This document shows positions 24,762 through 33,169 of a stretch of 33,169 nucleotides of DNA, piece by piece. Position 1 is the stretch's first letter. Each line of letters opens with the position of its first letter. The notes below the pieces were generated by a model. The model did not search any database and had not been told where the DNA came from. It worked only from the letters and a program-made list of their open reading frames with translations. The stretch is from Minisyncoccota bacterium (lineage in GTDB: Bacteria > Patescibacteriota > Microgenomatia > Levybacterales > UBA12049): contig JANWIQ010000059.1 of the NCBI GenBank assembly GCA_025449795.1, forward strand, positions 1-33,169. Direction: 5' to 3'. Made by a program: the position numbers and the translations under genes.

Positions 24762-27431
24762 ATGTCCTCAGAGCGTGTTATCGCTGATTTCCAACCGCTT
24801 AATATTTCTTCATCTTACTCATTTTTAACCGACGAACCCGCAGTCTCTTCGCCAGGAAAACTTGCATCTGTTCTTTCCCAATATGGGTATATGCATTTTC
24901 CTCTTTCGGATACCACATTACTTTCCGAGGGAAGAGTTTTTCAATCTTCTGAAAAACATCAGCTTCGTCCTATTCCGGGACTAAGATTTTCCATGGATGT
25001 TTATTTTGGTCCTCCACAGGAAGGATTTATTTTGCCAAGAAATGATGAGGGCCTCCGCAGATTACATGGTGTATCTTCCCGTAAAAATATCAAAGGAGAA
25101 GGGATAACACCTGATGATATCCATAAAAATAAAGAAGATTGGTATACTTTTTTTACAGGGCCTATCTCTCCCTATGAGGTGTCAACACTGCTTTTGCTAG
25201 AAAATGTGTTTCGGGCAGTCAAGGATCCTCAGGAAATAGTCGCAGCACATCCTGCATTTGCTGGTTTTCTCCACGACAGCAAGAAAATTGTTGTTGCCCC
25301 AGAAGTGAGGATTGCTTTGCCGGAGGATACATGGAAATTGGCATGGCTTGCAAAAGCGAGTGGAAAAAGTCTTCCGTACGAGCTGGCTACGTATGCATTG
25401 AAAACTCCTGATGAAATGCGTCTTTTGTACGCTCATTATAAAGATGCACTTGGACTTTCCGCAGAAATTGCAAAAAACATTACTATCGTTAAACCATTAC
25501 CTCCTGATATACAGCCAGAAACGGTAAAACCAGGGTGGACGCCTGAAGCATATTTACGCTTGCTTGCCCATAATCTTGCTGGCCTTCCTGAAAATGCACA
25601 TCTCAGTGAACGGATTAAAGAGGAAGTAACAGAAATAACCGAAGCGAGATATGCAGGACTTGTATCAGCCATATTTTTAGTGAAGGAAGTCATCGAATTC
25701 TGCAAGTCTGCCAAGATCCCTATCAAAACAACAGGAAGTGCAAACAACAGTGTGCTGCTTTCGCTTTTGGGAGTTACCCAAGTCGAGCCAGATGAAGCAA
25801 ATGATTGTGATTTTTCTCGATTTCTCAATAGTGAACGCGTTGAAAAGCCGGATATTGATATGGAAGTCGGATACAAAGACAGAGAAGCTATCCTTGCTTT
25901 TTTGAAAAGAAAATATGGAGCGCACGCTGCAGAGATAATTATTCCCCACTTCATGAAAGACAAAACGGTCGAGCAATATATACGAAGAAAGCATATTCCT
26001 GCGATACCCAACGAAAGGATAGTACAGCTTGTTGCTGAAGAGATTCCTTTTAAGCTACAGCCTCACGGATCCAAGGTTGTGCTTCTTGGAAATGCCCCAT
26101 TTCGAAAACTCGGTGAAGAAGGGAAGTTAGTTGCTGATATTGACAGAATAGACGCGGAAAAGATTTTTGATTATACGGCTTTAGACTTTTTGCCACGTCA
26201 AGGGCCACAGCGATTACACCTAGCACAAGAATTTGCAAGAAAAAGACGTACATCCATTGTTGATACTCCTAATAACTCCGCTGTCATGAGACGAATATTT
26301 TCAGGAGATACTATGGGTATCCCTGATGTAGAAAGTCCTCATATGCAACAAACTCTGCAAAAATTTCATCTGGTAATCACGCAGCCGACCCGCGAAACAC
26401 TTGCAGATGCAATAGCAATATCGAAAGTCCGAAAAGGTGTGCGGGATAGATACCTTTCGTATAGGTATAGGGGTAAGGAATTATTGAGCACCGACGTGAT
26501 GCATGATTTAGGATTAAGAAGTCCGGTCATTTATCACCAGGAAGATTTGGCAATTGTCGCACGTGCTGCAGGCTTTTCACTGTCACAAGAAGAAGCAGTA
26601 AGAAAAATGTTGAGTGATAGGGATGTAACGGCGGGTGAGAAAGAAGAAATTATCCAAAAAATCATTGTAGGACTAGGGGAACATGGTTATAGCAAAAGAG
26701 TACAACAAGAACTTCGGATGCAAATGGAAAGCTATGTAGGATATGTATTGGTGCGTGGGCATGCACTGTCACTTGCTCATGGAGCCGAACAGGTTGCCAG
26801 GCATGCGGTATATGACCCGGTGGGTTTTTCTGCTGCAATACTCACCACGGTTGCAGAGTACTGGAATAGAAGCGATTATACTTTCCAGGGATACGTAAAT
26901 GATGTGCTTCGCCATAAAGTACAAATGGATTTTTCTTCAACAAGAAATAACATCCCCGAAACTCCTGAGATATGGCAAAATAAAATTGCAGTAAGTACTT
27001 CTATGCTTCGGGCAGGATTTGGGGGAAAATTGCCTGATGATTTTGCCCAACGCTACGCACTTTGGGTAGATACGCTAAAAGAGTGGAAAAAAGGAGCATA
27101 TGCAACTGCGGACTTAGTACATCTGGAGTGGGAGCTTTTTCATGCTTCTTTTACCCATAATCCTATTCTGCGTTTCGATAGTAACGTACGCTTTGATCCT
27201 GGACGCGACAAACAGGAAATAATAGTGCAGCCAATCGCAGCTCGTGAATTGTCAGAATCCGAAGTCTATCTCTTAACGCTAGATAGTGAAACAGTTTTCC
27301 GCGCTTCAATGCCGACCAGTAAAGGGAAAGGAGAAGATTTTTCTTATCCGTTTCTTAAAGTCCGGGTGCAAAGAAGCAATGGAGGATCAGGGGGTTGGGA
27401 AATAAAAGAAATACTTAGTGCGCATGCTTAA
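24762..27431 (+). CDS. Divergent C-family DNA polymerase (DnaE paralog; DnaE2/ImuC-like) with degenerate PHP domain
   Basis: 889 aa from ATG 24762. It aligns by eye with the neighbouring DnaE at these points: FQPLNISSSYSFLTD vs FVHLHNHSEYSLLDG; TTGSANNSVLLSLLGVTQVEPD vs GRGSAAGSVVSYCLRITDIDP; FLNSERVEKPDIDMEV..KRKYG vs FLNPLRPSAPDIDLDF..TEKYG; ALDFLPRQG vs KMDFLGLRN; GIPDVESPHM vs GIFQLESPGM; GYVLVRGHALSLAHGA vs GYGFNKAHAACYATIA. Confidence 0.85.
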   Translation: MSSERVIADFQPLNISSSYSFLTDEPAVSSPGKLASVLSQYGYMHFPLSDTTLLSEGRVFQSSEKHQLRPIPGLRFSMDVYFGPPQEGFILPRNDEGLRRLHGVSSRKNIKGEGITPDDIHKNKEDWYTFFTGPISPYEVSTLLLLENVFRAVKDPQEIVAAHPAFAGFLHDSKKIVVAPEVRIALPEDTWKLAWLAKASGKSLPYELATYALKTPDEMRLLYAHYKDALGLSAEIAKNITIVKPLPPDIQPETVKPGWTPEAYLRLLAHNLAGLPENAHLSERIKEEVTEITEARYAGLVSAIFLVKEVIEFCKSAKIPIKTTGSANNSVLLSLLGVTQVEPDEANDCDFSRFLNSERVEKPDIDMEVGYKDREAILAFLKRKYGAHAAEIIIPHFMKDKTVEQYIRRKHIPAIPNERIVQLVAEEIPFKLQPHGSKVVLLGNAPFRKLGEEGKLVADIDRIDAEKIFDYTALDFLPRQGPQRLHLAQEFARKRRTSIVDTPNNSAVMRRIFSGDTMGIPDVESPHMQQTLQKFHLVITQPTRETLADAIAISKVRKGVRDRYLSYRYRGKELLSTDVMHDLGLRSPVIYHQEDLAIVARAAGFSLSQEEAVRKMLSDRDVTAGEKEEIIQKIIVGLGEHGYSKRVQQELRMQMESYVGYVLVRGHALSLAHGAEQVARHAVYDPVGFSAAILTTVAEYWNRSDYTFQGYVNDVLRHKVQMDFSSTRNNIPETPEIWQNKIAVSTSMLRAGFGGKLPDDFAQRYALWVDTLKEWKKGAYATADLVHLEWELFHASFTHNPILRFDSNVRFDPGRDKQEIIVQPIAARELSESEVYLLTLDSETVFRASMPTSKGKGEDFSYPFLKVRVQRSNGGSGGWEIKEILSAHA

Positions 27432-28135
27432 TTTCCTTCTTTACGGGATGGGAGAACTACTAAATGCCATTGTGGTTTTTTTACCGTGCCAGCGAGAAGA
27501 CGCTTGCCTGTTGTTTTTAAGAGTTCTTTTAGTTCGGGACGCCGTACTGTTGTGGAGCGTATTACTTCTACGCGCGCGTTCACTTCGTCATCCTCTTTTA
27601 ACCGAAGCGTTGTGCGGACCGACCGACGGAATGCATCTTCCAAAATATGCCGTGCTTCTGGATGGCCATCAATATTTACTCGTAACAGTAGGGTATCATC
27701 ATGAGTTACCGCAGCAAAATTTTCATTTCCTAAGGATGCGTGCAATTTGTCTGCATCAAATTGATAGACAGGAAATATATTTAACACAGCTTTTTCTTCT
27801 CCAATAAATTCAAATCCACGAAAGTCTGTTCTTCCTGCGGCAAGAGCTTTTAAGTCATCTCCCAGCAACTCCTTTTGTGCCTGAAGTTGTTTGACTTCTC
27901 GGTCCAGATGTGCCACTCTTCTTCCTCTTTCTACAAGCAACGTAAGAAGATTTCTATGGTGAGACATGAGGATATCCGGCAAAACCCCTTTGTCGGTGCG
28001 TAGATTAACATCTGGTATAGGAGTTCCCCACGAATCAAATCGTGCACTTTCCAATTGCGTACTGGTAATAGCATCTCCTTTTTCTTGCGGAAATTGCTGC
28101 AAGACGGTATTTTCCTGAGTTCCTTGTTGTTCCAC
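27428..28135 (-). CDS. Hypothetical protein, 235 aa, family not recognised
   Basis: The ORF starts with GTG at 28133-28135, so the start is uncertain; the next Met is about 56 codons in. It has a coiled-coil-like stretch HLDREVKQLQAQKELLGDDLKALAAG. It lies 63 nt downstream of the dnaE stop on the same strand. Its stop overlaps the stop of the DnaE-like gene (27428-27431). Confidence 0.5.
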   Translation of the reverse strand: MEQQGTQENTVLQQFPQEKGDAITSTQLESARFDSWGTPIPDVNLRTDKGVLPDILMSHHRNLLTLLVERGRRVAHLDREVKQLQAQKELLGDDLKALAAGRTDFRGFEFIGEEKAVLNIFPVYQFDADKLHASLGNENFAAVTHDDTLLLRVNIDGHPEARHILEDAFRRSVRTTLRLKEDDEVNARVEVIRSTTVRRPELKELLKTTGKRLLAGTVKKPQWHLVVLPSRKEGN

Positions 28136-28198
28136 TGCACTCTTTTAGTACACAAAATTGATAGAGCGAAAAGAATTGGGAAAGAGAAAGAAAAGAAA

Positions 28199-31100
28199 TT
28201 ATACTGCTATGGGTTTTTTAATAGCGTTGACAATAATCACCGGCTTATCATTTTTCTGATCCAGCTTTCCTTCAAATACCAATACCGTGTCGGTGAGGAG
28301 AATATCGCGATATAATTCATATACTTTTGGGAAAATAATGCACTCTATCGCAAGACCTTTCTCGTCACTGATAGAAAGGAATGCCATTTCTGCTTGCGTT
28401 TTCTTGGTAAAAATACGTTTTACATTTTCTACTATGCCACCTACTGTCACCTGTACCCCGTCATTTTGTCCTTCTAAAAGTTCAAATTCGTGACTGATCA
28501 TTGTCTTAATTTGTTGAAGATTTTCTGCTTGCGGATGGGCGGTAAGGTAAAATCCTAAAAATTCTTTTTCGAATGCAAGCTTTTCTCCAAGTGAAAAATC
28601 CTCAATCTCTAGCTCGGAAATAGTTGAAGAACCCTTTTTTACTTCGGTGTCCTCATCAAATAATGATTCTTGGCCTTCTTGTTTTTGCTTTTTTTGCTTG
28701 GTAATGCGTTCGGTTGTTTCGGAAAGAGATGCGAGAAGCAATGCGCGATTGCCAAATGCATCCATTGCGCCTGCCTTGATAAGGCTTTCCAGTGTTTTTT
28801 TATTTACCGCACCCAATTCCACCCGCTCACAAAAATTATTAAAAGAAGTAAATGGTCCTTGTGCTCTCGCCTCAAGAATAGTACGTATTGCGGCTTCCCC
28901 AACATTTTTAATTGCAGAGAGGCCAAAACGAATCTTAATATCCTCTTCAATGGAAAAATCTGCATCTGAAGTATTAATATCAGGAAGCAGCACGGGGATA
29001 GCAAGCCTTTTGCATTCTGCAACCGCCTGTGCAATTTTTTCTGATTTTGCAGGACCTGTTGTGCCTCGAGATTCTGCAGTAAAAAGTGCGGTCATAAATT
29101 CAACAGGATAGTGCGCTTTTAAATAGGCCGTCCGGTAGGCAATCGTTGCATAACAGGCGGCATGGGCTTTATTAAATCCATATCCAGCAAAAGGTGCAAT
29201 AAGCTCAAAGATTTCTTCAGCCCTCTTTTGTGAAAGACCTCCTTTTACCGCGCCTTCAAGGAATTTTTCCTTTTGTTTCTTCATTTCCGAGGGAATTTTC
29301 TTTCCCATTGCTTTACGGAATTTATCAGCATCCAACCAGGAATAGCCGGCAAGCGCAATGGTAGTAAGGAGTACGTCGTCCTGATAGGTGAGAATGCCAT
29401 AGGAATTTGCGAGGATTTCTTCCAGGCGAGGATCGGGAAAATCGATAAGCTCTGGATTATGTTTTCTTGCAATGAAAGATGGGATATTTTGCATAGGTCC
29501 GGGGCGGTAGAGAGCCACCATTGCCATAAGATCAAAAATCGTATTTGGTTTTAGCTCTTTAATATATCGGCGCATGCCAGGGGATTCAAGTTGGAAAATG
29601 CCCGTTGTTTCTGCTGAGGAGAGAAGGGTATATGTTGCTTGATCATCTACTGGTAGTTTGGAAATATCTATGGTAATGCCTTTATGTAATTTGATAAACC
29701 GTAGTGCTTCTTCGATAATAGTAAGATTGCGAAGCCCCAAAAAGTCCATTTTTAAAAGGCCAACGCCATCTTCGCCTACCGTATACATGTCGTATTGCGT
29801 AACAACTTTTTCGCCGCCATTTGGTTCTCTTTGGATAGGGACATACTCGGTAAGTGGTTTATCTGCAATCACGACACCTGCAGCATGTACGGAGGCATGT
29901 CTGACAACGCCTTCAATTTTTTTAGAAAGGTCGATAAGCTTTTTTGTTTCCGGCTCCTGCAAATATGCCCTCTTGAGGTCTGGACTTTGGTCCATTGCGC
30001 TGTCGAGTGTCATCGCATGTCCTTGCCACCCCAATGGAATCATTTTCGAAATTCTATCTGGGCCAGCATAGGGCATACCCAGTGCGCGTCCAACGTCCCT
30101 TACGCTTCCTTTTGCTTCCATAGTACCAAAGGTAATAATCTGTGCTACCTTGTCGTCACCATATTTTTCCGTTACGTATTGAATAACTTCCTCACGTCTA
30201 ATATCTGCAAAATCTAAGTCTATATCTGGTGCCGAAGGTCGAAGTGGATTTAAAAATCGTTCAAAAGGTAACTTAAAGAAAAATGGGTCAATATCAGTAA
30301 TGCGAAGACAGTAGCTTACTACTGAGCCTGCTGCAGATCCTCGTCCCGGTCCAACGCTTATCATGTGGTCTTTTGCCCAATTTACAAAGTCCGCAACCGT
30401 AAGAAAATAGGTGGAGTATCCTTTGGAGGTAATCGTAGAAAGCTCATATTGTATCCGTCCGGTAATTTCGGGGGTTATTTTCCCATATCGTTTTTTGGCT
30501 CCTTCCCACACAAGCTCTTCCAAATATGCATCTTCACTTTTTCCATCTGGTGTAGCAAATTTTGGCATTACCCATTTGCCAAGAGTAATTTCTACATTGC
30601 ACCGATCGGCAATCGCGACACTATTTTGTAATACCTCAGGCATTTGTGGAAAAGCGGCTTGCATTTCCTCTGCTGATTTTAGGTAAAAATCCGGAGAATC
30701 TATCATACTTAATTTTCTTCCCTTGTCGTCGATGGTTGTTTGGGTCTGAATGCAAAGAAGGATTTCTTGTGCCTGTGCGTCATCTTTATGTGAGTAATGG
30801 TTGTCGTTGGTTGCAACCATGGGAATTCCAAGTTTTTTAGAGAGTGCAATAAGGCGTGGATTTAAAACTTCTTGCGGTGGGACATGGTCGTGTTTTTGCA
30901 ACTCCAAGTAGAAATGGTCAGGACCAAAAATCTCTGCAAGTTTTTTGGCACGTTTTTCTGCTTCTATTTGTTGGTTATTCAAAAGTGGTTCGGATACAAA
31001 GCCATTCACACATGCGGAAAGACAAATAAGTCCATCGTGATACTCCTCCAGGAGCGCAAGGTCGGTACGGGGTTTGTAATAATAGCCCTCCAAATGTGCC

Positions 31101-31414
31101 TTTGAGACAATCTTCATGAGATTTTTGTATCCGATATTGTTTTCTGCAAGAAGAATGAGGTGGTTATATCCTTTTTCATCTTTTACCAATCTGCTGCCGG
31201 CAGTAATATAAATTTCACATCCAATAATGGGTTTTATTCCTGCCTCTTTGCATGCTTTGTAAAAGTAAATAACTCCATACATTGAGCCATGGTCGGTAAT
31301 GCTTAATGCTTTTTGGCCTACATCCTGGGCCCGTTTTATCATCTGTTTTATTTTGGAAAGGCCATCAAGAAGGGAATATTCTGAGTGGTTGTGTAAATGG
31401 ACAAAATCTGGCAT
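28199..31414 (-). CDS. dnaE: DNA polymerase III alpha subunit (canonical replicative DnaE)
   Basis: 1071 aa. It has intact PHP ligands (FVHLHNHSEYSLLDG, ITDHGSMYG), the catalytic PDIDLDF and MDFLGLRNL motifs, a clamp-binding-like QESLF, and a C-terminal OB-fold region. Confidence 0.97.
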   Translation of the reverse strand: MPDFVHLHNHSEYSLLDGLSKIKQMIKRAQDVGQKALSITDHGSMYGVIYFYKACKEAGIKPIIGCEIYITAGSRLVKDEKGYNHLILLAENNIGYKNLMKIVSKAHLEGYYYKPRTDLALLEEYHDGLICLSACVNGFVSEPLLNNQQIEAEKRAKKLAEIFGPDHFYLELQKHDHVPPQEVLNPRLIALSKKLGIPMVATNDNHYSHKDDAQAQEILLCIQTQTTIDDKGRKLSMIDSPDFYLKSAEEMQAAFPQMPEVLQNSVAIADRCNVEITLGKWVMPKFATPDGKSEDAYLEELVWEGAKKRYGKITPEITGRIQYELSTITSKGYSTYFLTVADFVNWAKDHMISVGPGRGSAAGSVVSYCLRITDIDPFFFKLPFERFLNPLRPSAPDIDLDFADIRREEVIQYVTEKYGDDKVAQIITFGTMEAKGSVRDVGRALGMPYAGPDRISKMIPLGWQGHAMTLDSAMDQSPDLKRAYLQEPETKKLIDLSKKIEGVVRHASVHAAGVVIADKPLTEYVPIQREPNGGEKVVTQYDMYTVGEDGVGLLKMDFLGLRNLTIIEEALRFIKLHKGITIDISKLPVDDQATYTLLSSAETTGIFQLESPGMRRYIKELKPNTIFDLMAMVALYRPGPMQNIPSFIARKHNPELIDFPDPRLEEILANSYGILTYQDDVLLTTIALAGYSWLDADKFRKAMGKKIPSEMKKQKEKFLEGAVKGGLSQKRAEEIFELIAPFAGYGFNKAHAACYATIAYRTAYLKAHYPVEFMTALFTAESRGTTGPAKSEKIAQAVAECKRLAIPVLLPDINTSDADFSIEEDIKIRFGLSAIKNVGEAAIRTILEARAQGPFTSFNNFCERVELGAVNKKTLESLIKAGAMDAFGNRALLLASLSETTERITKQKKQKQEGQESLFDEDTEVKKGSSTISELEIEDFSLGEKLAFEKEFLGFYLTAHPQAENLQQIKTMISHEFELLEGQNDGVQVTVGGIVENVKRIFTKKTQAEMAFLSISDEKGLAIECIIFPKVYELYRDILLTDTVLVFEGKLDQKNDKPVIIVNAIKKPIAV

Positions 31415-31490
31415 AAAAATTGTTATATTGTTAAATTGTTATATTGTTTTCTCGGCAATTTAGCAATACAGCAATTTAATAGCTCTGAAT

Positions 31491-31518
31491 GGAGATTCTG
31501 AAACAAGTTCAGAATGAC
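31491..31518 (-). repeat. GTCAT-hairpin repeat unit (U3) in the gatB-dnaE spacer
   Basis: The minus strand reads GTCAT TCTGAA cttgt TTCAGA ATCTCC. It lies 8 nt downstream of the gatB stop. Confidence 0.7.
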
Positions 31519-31525
31519 ACTAAAG

Positions 31526-32962
31526 TTATTTTAGCAGATCTTCTAACATTTGTCGTACGGTACCTGCTTTTGCTTTTCCCGCTACTTTCTTCATTACCTG
31601 TCCAACCAAAAACATGAGGGCATTTGTCTTGCCTGCTTTGTAATCCAGGACGGATTTTTCATTTTCCGAAAGTACTTCCTGTGCTATTTTTTCAAGGTCT
31701 ACAGAACTCATGGTATCTTCAACCTGTGTTGATTTAATTTGTTTAATTAATTCCGCAGGCAACATTTTCTCTATGTCAATTTTTTTATTGATAATCGTAT
31801 TTGCAATTTTTGTGGGGTCAATTGTCATCCCCGACTTGATCGGGGATCCATTATCCTGGATTCCCGCCTGCGCGGGAATGACAGTAGAACTTACTCGTAC
31901 TGCTTCCTCAAAATAGTCCGCTAATTCTTTTGTTCGTGTAAGAAGTTCTGCATTGTATAAAGAAAGATCATATTCTTTTATGAATCGGGATTTCTTTTCA
32001 TCCGGTAATTCCGGAAGCGTAGCCCTTAGTTCTGCAATAAATTTCTCATTCCACACAAAAGGTGGAATATCCGGTTCCGGAAAATAGCGGTAATCTGCTG
32101 CTTCTTCTTTGCTTCTCTGGGAAATGGTCATATGCTTGTCTTCATCCCATCCGCGGGTTTCCTGAGCAGGGATCTTTCCGCTTTCAAGGATTTCAGCTTG
32201 TCTTTTTACTTCATACTCAATTGCCTTTTCTACAAAAGAGAATGAGTTGATGTTTTTCACTTCCACTTTGTAGTTCGGTAGTTGGTCATTGGATATTGAA
32301 TATTTGATATTGGTAGTATTCGAACGAAGTGAGATATTCGGTTCTAAGCGCATTTCACCTTTTTCCATATCCGCGTTCGACACACCAAGATAACGGACAA
32401 TTTGCTGGAGCTTTTGGAGATATTCCTTTACTTCTTCAGCGCTCTCAAAATCAGGTTCTGTCACAATTTCTACCAGTGGTACGCCTGATCTATTAAAATC
32501 AATAAGGCTGACATGCTCACCATTTACAGTCTCATGCATGAGTTTCCCCGTATCCTCTTCCATATGCGCCCTGCGAATTCTAATTGTTTTTTCGTATTCA
32601 GTTTTTAATTTTTCATTTTTAACTTTTAATTTGAGCGATCCGTCGATCGCGAAGGGTTGGTCAAACTGGCTTATCTGATAGCCTTTTGCCAGGTCAGGAT
32701 AAAAATAATTTTTCCGATCAAATTTAGAGATAAGGGGAATAGTGCAGTTGAGCGCAAGGCCTATTTTTATACACGATTCAATAGCTTTTTTATTTGGGAC
32801 GGGAAGTGCACCGGGTAATCCAAGGCATACAGGGCAAGTATGGGTATTCGGCTTTTCACCAAACCAATTATTTGCACACCCGCAAAACATCTTGCTTTTT
32901 GTATTGAGCTCAACGTGTACTTCAAGACCAATTACTGGTGTATAGCTAGTGTTTGTTTTCAT
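31526..32962 (-). CDS. gatB: Asp/Glu-tRNA(Asn/Gln) amidotransferase subunit B, with an in-frame 20-codon repeat insertion
   Basis: 478 aa. N-terminal YTPVIGLEVHVELNTKSKMFCGC...CPVCLGLPGALP, plus RIRRAHMEEDTGK and a C-terminal YqeY-like tail (ALMFLVGQVMKK). The extra segment is VIPAQAGIQDNGSPIKSGMT. Confidence 0.95.
   Translation of the reverse strand: MKTNTSYTPVIGLEVHVELNTKSKMFCGCANNWFGEKPNTHTCPVCLGLPGALPVPNKKAIESCIKIGLALNCTIPLISKFDRKNYFYPDLAKGYQISQFDQPFAIDGSLKLKVKNEKLKTEYEKTIRIRRAHMEEDTGKLMHETVNGEHVSLIDFNRSGVPLVEIVTEPDFESAEEVKEYLQKLQQIVRYLGVSNADMEKGEMRLEPNISLRSNTTNIKYSISNDQLPNYKVEVKNINSFSFVEKAIEYEVKRQAEILESGKIPAQETRGWDEDKHMTISQRSKEEAADYRYFPEPDIPPFVWNEKFIAELRATLPELPDEKKSRFIKEYDLSLYNAELLTRTKELADYFEEAVRVSSTVIPAQAGIQDNGSPIKSGMTIDPTKIANTIINKKIDIEKMLPAELIKQIKSTQVEDTMSSVDLEKIAQEVLSENEKSVLDYKAGKTNALMFLVGQVMKKVAGKAKAGTVRQMLEDLLK
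31824..31882. repeat. Composite of two inverted GTCAT-hairpin units (U1 + U2) inside gatB
   Basis: U1 (31824-31850) is GTCAT CCCCGA cttga TCGGGG ATCCA. U2 is the reverse complement of 31857-31882 and reads GTCAT TCCCGC gcag GCGGGA ATCCA. The two are separated by 6 nt and bounded by GTCAT...ATGAC. Confidence 0.85.
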
Positions 32963-33054
32963 ATTTTAATTTTAAATTTTTAATTCTTAATTTTTAATCA
33001 ATTTTTAAATTCAAATTTTAATCATGTAGATTTGATTTCAAATTTTAAATTTCA

Positions 33055-33169
33055 AATTGTAAATTAGGCTTCTCCTTCCAAAATTCTGTTTCTTGTTCAT
33101 ATTGATAGGCCATGGCAAGAATTGTCTCTTCGCCAAATTGCGGGCCAATAATCTGCATGCCTATAGGAA
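33055..33169 (-). CDS. gatA: Glu-tRNA(Gln) amidotransferase subunit A, C-terminal end only (continues beyond the window)
   Basis: The minus-strand frame reads ...PIGMQIIGPQFGEETILAMAYQYEQETEFWKEKPNLQFEI with a TAA stop at 33055-33057. The PIG-x-Q-x-IG-x-x-F-x-E pattern is the typical GatA C-terminus. It is upstream of and co-directional with gatB. Confidence 0.7.

Noticed and set aside
24256-28135. A compositional (GC) island as evidence that the polymerase locus was recently horizontally acquired.
   Set aside because: Hand counts of sample 60-nt lines gave about 43 percent GC here, about 45 percent in neighbouring dnaE and about 28 percent in the membrane-protein genes. The locus therefore resembles the local housekeeping genes, so composition does not support recent transfer. 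A proper windowed GC and codon-usage calculation is needed.
32963-33058. AT-only low-complexity spacers with short direct repeats: TTCAAATTTTAA at 33010 and 33047, and ATTTGGAATTT at 20457 and 20503 in the atpA-atpG spacer.
   Set aside because: In sequence that is almost pure A/T, such 11-12-mers recur easily. No higher-order structure or periodicity was seen. They are recorded but not considered significant without genome-wide statistics.

Overview
This is an AT-rich bacterial chromosome segment. Its gene content and architecture resemble a small-genome uncultivated lineage (CPR/Patescibacteria-like), but that placement is inference only. Layout: (1) 1-13.3 kb is a cell-envelope glycosylation cluster with two GT4 and two GT2 soluble glycosyltransferases, a YfhO-like protein, four more large polytopic (GT-C/PMT-like) membrane proteins and an O-antigen-ligase-like protein, followed by a membrane-anchored Ig-like repeat protein. 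(2) 14.1-17.2 kb holds tRNA-Thr(CGU), a divergent hxlR/LUD-domain pair, a tRNA-dihydrouridine synthase and a frameshifted alpha/beta-hydrolase gene. (3) 17.4-24.2 kb is a complete F1Fo ATP synthase operon on the minus strand (atpB-E-F-H-A-G-D-C). Its intergenic spacers are unusually long and repeat-laden, and atpC is interrupted by an in-frame TGA. (4) 24.3-28.1 kb is the most interesting block: a divergent second C-family (DnaE-like) polymerase with a degenerate PHP domain but retained catalytic aspartates. It is flanked by two ORFs I cannot assign and sits directly beside the canonical dnaE. (5) 28.2-33.2 kb holds dnaE, gatB and the 3' end of gatA. Small GC-rich hairpin/palindromic repeats are scattered through the window. 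One family shows compensatory stem changes, and several copies sit in-frame inside conserved genes (gatB, dus, membrane proteins). No CRISPR array, rRNA, transposase or integrase was recognised.
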